A stretch of 64,000 bases of DNA, from NCBI GenBank assembly GCA_051382335.1, contig JBBCAX010000033.1, positions 49,123 to 113,122 on the forward strand. The letters run 5' to 3'. Shown piece after piece: positions 62,761 through 64,000 of the stretch (positions are counted from its first letter, which is position 1; each line of letters opens with the position of its first letter). The position numbers and the translations under genes are program-made. Source of the DNA: Deltaproteobacteria bacterium TL4 (GTDB lineage Bacteria > SAR324 > NAC60-12). The notes under the pieces were generated by a model that was not told the origin of the DNA, did no database searches, and worked only from the letters and a program-made list of their open reading frames with translations.

Positions 62761-63957
62761 TTAATATTTGGTACAATCCGCTTCACGTATGATTCTTTGT
62801 GCCTCAGGAAACAAATTTTGGGTACATTCTTTGAGAGACGTTTCGGCAAAAACCACATCCACACGTCGATTCACTTTTCTCGCGTTATTCAACGCCGCCC
62901 CGCTTTTGCCCTCTATAGAAACCATAGGTTGAGTATAGGCAAAACCAATCGTGGAAATCCGCAGGGGATCGTAACCCAACTGATTCATCATCAACCAAGC
63001 CACAGTAGTGGCACGATCTGCGCTTAATTCCCAGTTTCTGCCCATGCCGCCATCACGAAAGGGCACATCATCGGTATGCCCTTCAACACGAATGGAATCA
63101 TTCGCAAGCTCTTCAAAAACTTTAATTTTCCCTAAAAAAGCTTTTAATGACTCCAGCTTATCCTCTCTTATCGTCGCGCTGCCACTGGCAAACAGGAAGT
63201 CCTCAGGTAACGTCAAGATACACCGGCGTTTGGTCGATATTAATTTAAAACCACCGAATTCAGCGCTGTTGTTGTTCAAAAAATTTTCAATTCCAGAACA
63301 GTCTTTGGTTTTTATCGTGTCGGAAAAAGTAATCTTGTGAGTTTTTCCTTCATACACCACCGCATTTAAAAGTTCCTGCTCTTTCATGGAAATTTCCAAA
63401 GTTTTTTTCCCCTGGATGTTCAGCACATCAATCAAGAGAATTCCTTCCTGTTTCCCTTGAGGAATCACAATTTTCGGTTCGCTCGTCAGTCTGTAGTCAC
63501 TCCCCGGTTGAGCTGTGCCTTTTAACTCCAGCGGGATCTCCACATCCAAGCCACTTGGTTCACTCAAGATGGCCGAAATCGCAATTTTTTCCTTGGACCG
63601 TACATCACTTTCCTCCTGACGAAACTTCACTACAGGAATCTCATCATCATCATCAATCACCAGGGTCTGCGACATGATCAATCCGCCCAAGATCCGATCA
63701 TCAAAGATTTGAGCTCCTTCTTTTACTTGGGGTCGGCCCAAACTAACGCGAATTTCTTCCCGACGTTCATTAAGTTTATCATTAATGAGACACAGGACCA
63801 CTTCCACCGTGTTCTGTTTAGGCGCAAAAACCACCTCTTGTTTGTCTCTGACATAATCAACCCCAATCATGACACTCTCTGGCGATATGCCTTGTCCTGG
63901 CTTGCACTGGGAATGGACACCACCGTTGACCGCATTGCCTTCAAAGATTAGAGGCAC
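62761..63957 (-). CDS. Calx-beta repeat + OmpA/MotB peptidoglycan-binding domain protein (N-terminus may extend beyond window)
   Basis: The C-terminal OmpA_C is VEGHTDDVPF...NWELSADRATTVAWLMMNQLGYDP...NRRVDVVF. Two upstream Calx-beta-like segments are present (TAQPGSDYRLTSEPKIVIPQGKQEGILLIDV). It lies 8 bp upstream of the giant lipoprotein gene on the same strand. Confidence 0.65.
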   Translation of the reverse strand: MPLIFEGNAVNGGVHSQCKPGQGISPESVMIGVDYVRDKQEVVFAPKQNTVEVVLCLINDKLNERREEIRVSLGRPQVKEGAQIFDDRILGGLIMSQTLVIDDDDEIPVVKFRQEESDVRSKEKIAISAILSEPSGLDVEIPLELKGTAQPGSDYRLTSEPKIVIPQGKQEGILLIDVLNIQGKKTLEISMKEQELLNAVVYEGKTHKITFSDTIKTKDCSGIENFLNNNSAEFGGFKLISTKRRCILTLPEDFLFASGSATIREDKLESLKAFLGKIKVFEELANDSIRVEGHTDDVPFRDGGMGRNWELSADRATTVAWLMMNQLGYDPLRISTIGFAYTQPMVSIEGKSGAALNNARKVNRRVDVVFAETSLKECTQNLFPEAQRIIREADCTKY

Positions 63958-64000
63958 AACGACAGAATTGGAAACAGTACGAGTGAGCGTGATTCTTAAC

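Overview
This 64-kb window looks like chromosomal DNA from a Gram-negative bacterium of moderate GC. It carries envelope and lipoprotein genes (kdsB, an OmpA-domain protein, a FadL-family porin, many lipobox lipoproteins). I could not assign a taxon from the sequence. Surface biology dominates the window: three giant secreted or lipoprotein genes (1511, 1157 and 1725 aa) with collagen-like, Ser/Thr-rich, carboxypeptidase-regulatory-like and PPC domains, an NHL-repeat lipoprotein, and a Wzy_C (O-antigen-ligase/PglL-like) membrane protein. Housekeeping and stress genes include kdsB, recQ, an AlkD-like alkylation-repair gene, nnr, a DksA/TraR zinc-finger protein, a sigma-54 activator, copA and a RelBE toxin-antitoxin pair. 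Signalling genes include a LuxR-type response regulator, a PAS domain split from a cNMP/histidine kinase by a single stop codon, and a Cache-MCP chemoreceptor. I found no CRISPR array, rRNA or intact tRNA. Six things stand out. (1) A 1952-aa single-ORF protein fuses an N-terminal SF2 DExH helicase, a Cas4/Dna2-type PD-DxK nuclease with a CxxCx5C iron-sulfur motif, and a C-terminal SF1B Dna2/Upf1-like helicase, and it sits next to a two-component system. (2) The gene-poor stretch 19.9-22.1 kb looks like a mobile-element scar: it contains a copy of a palindromic ~75-bp dispersed repeat (three copies in the window), a ~153-bp MITE-like inverted repeat, and a 33-nt 3' tRNA fragment of the kind left at integrase attachment sites. 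(3) A G10 homopolymer splits an outer-membrane beta-barrel gene into two frames. (4) An internal Shine-Dalgarno plus in-frame ATG precedes the C-terminal HMA domain of copA. (5) An in-frame TAA separates the PAS domain from its kinase. (6) The Wzy_C protein next to Ser/Thr-rich giant surface proteins suggests a protein O-glycosylation module.
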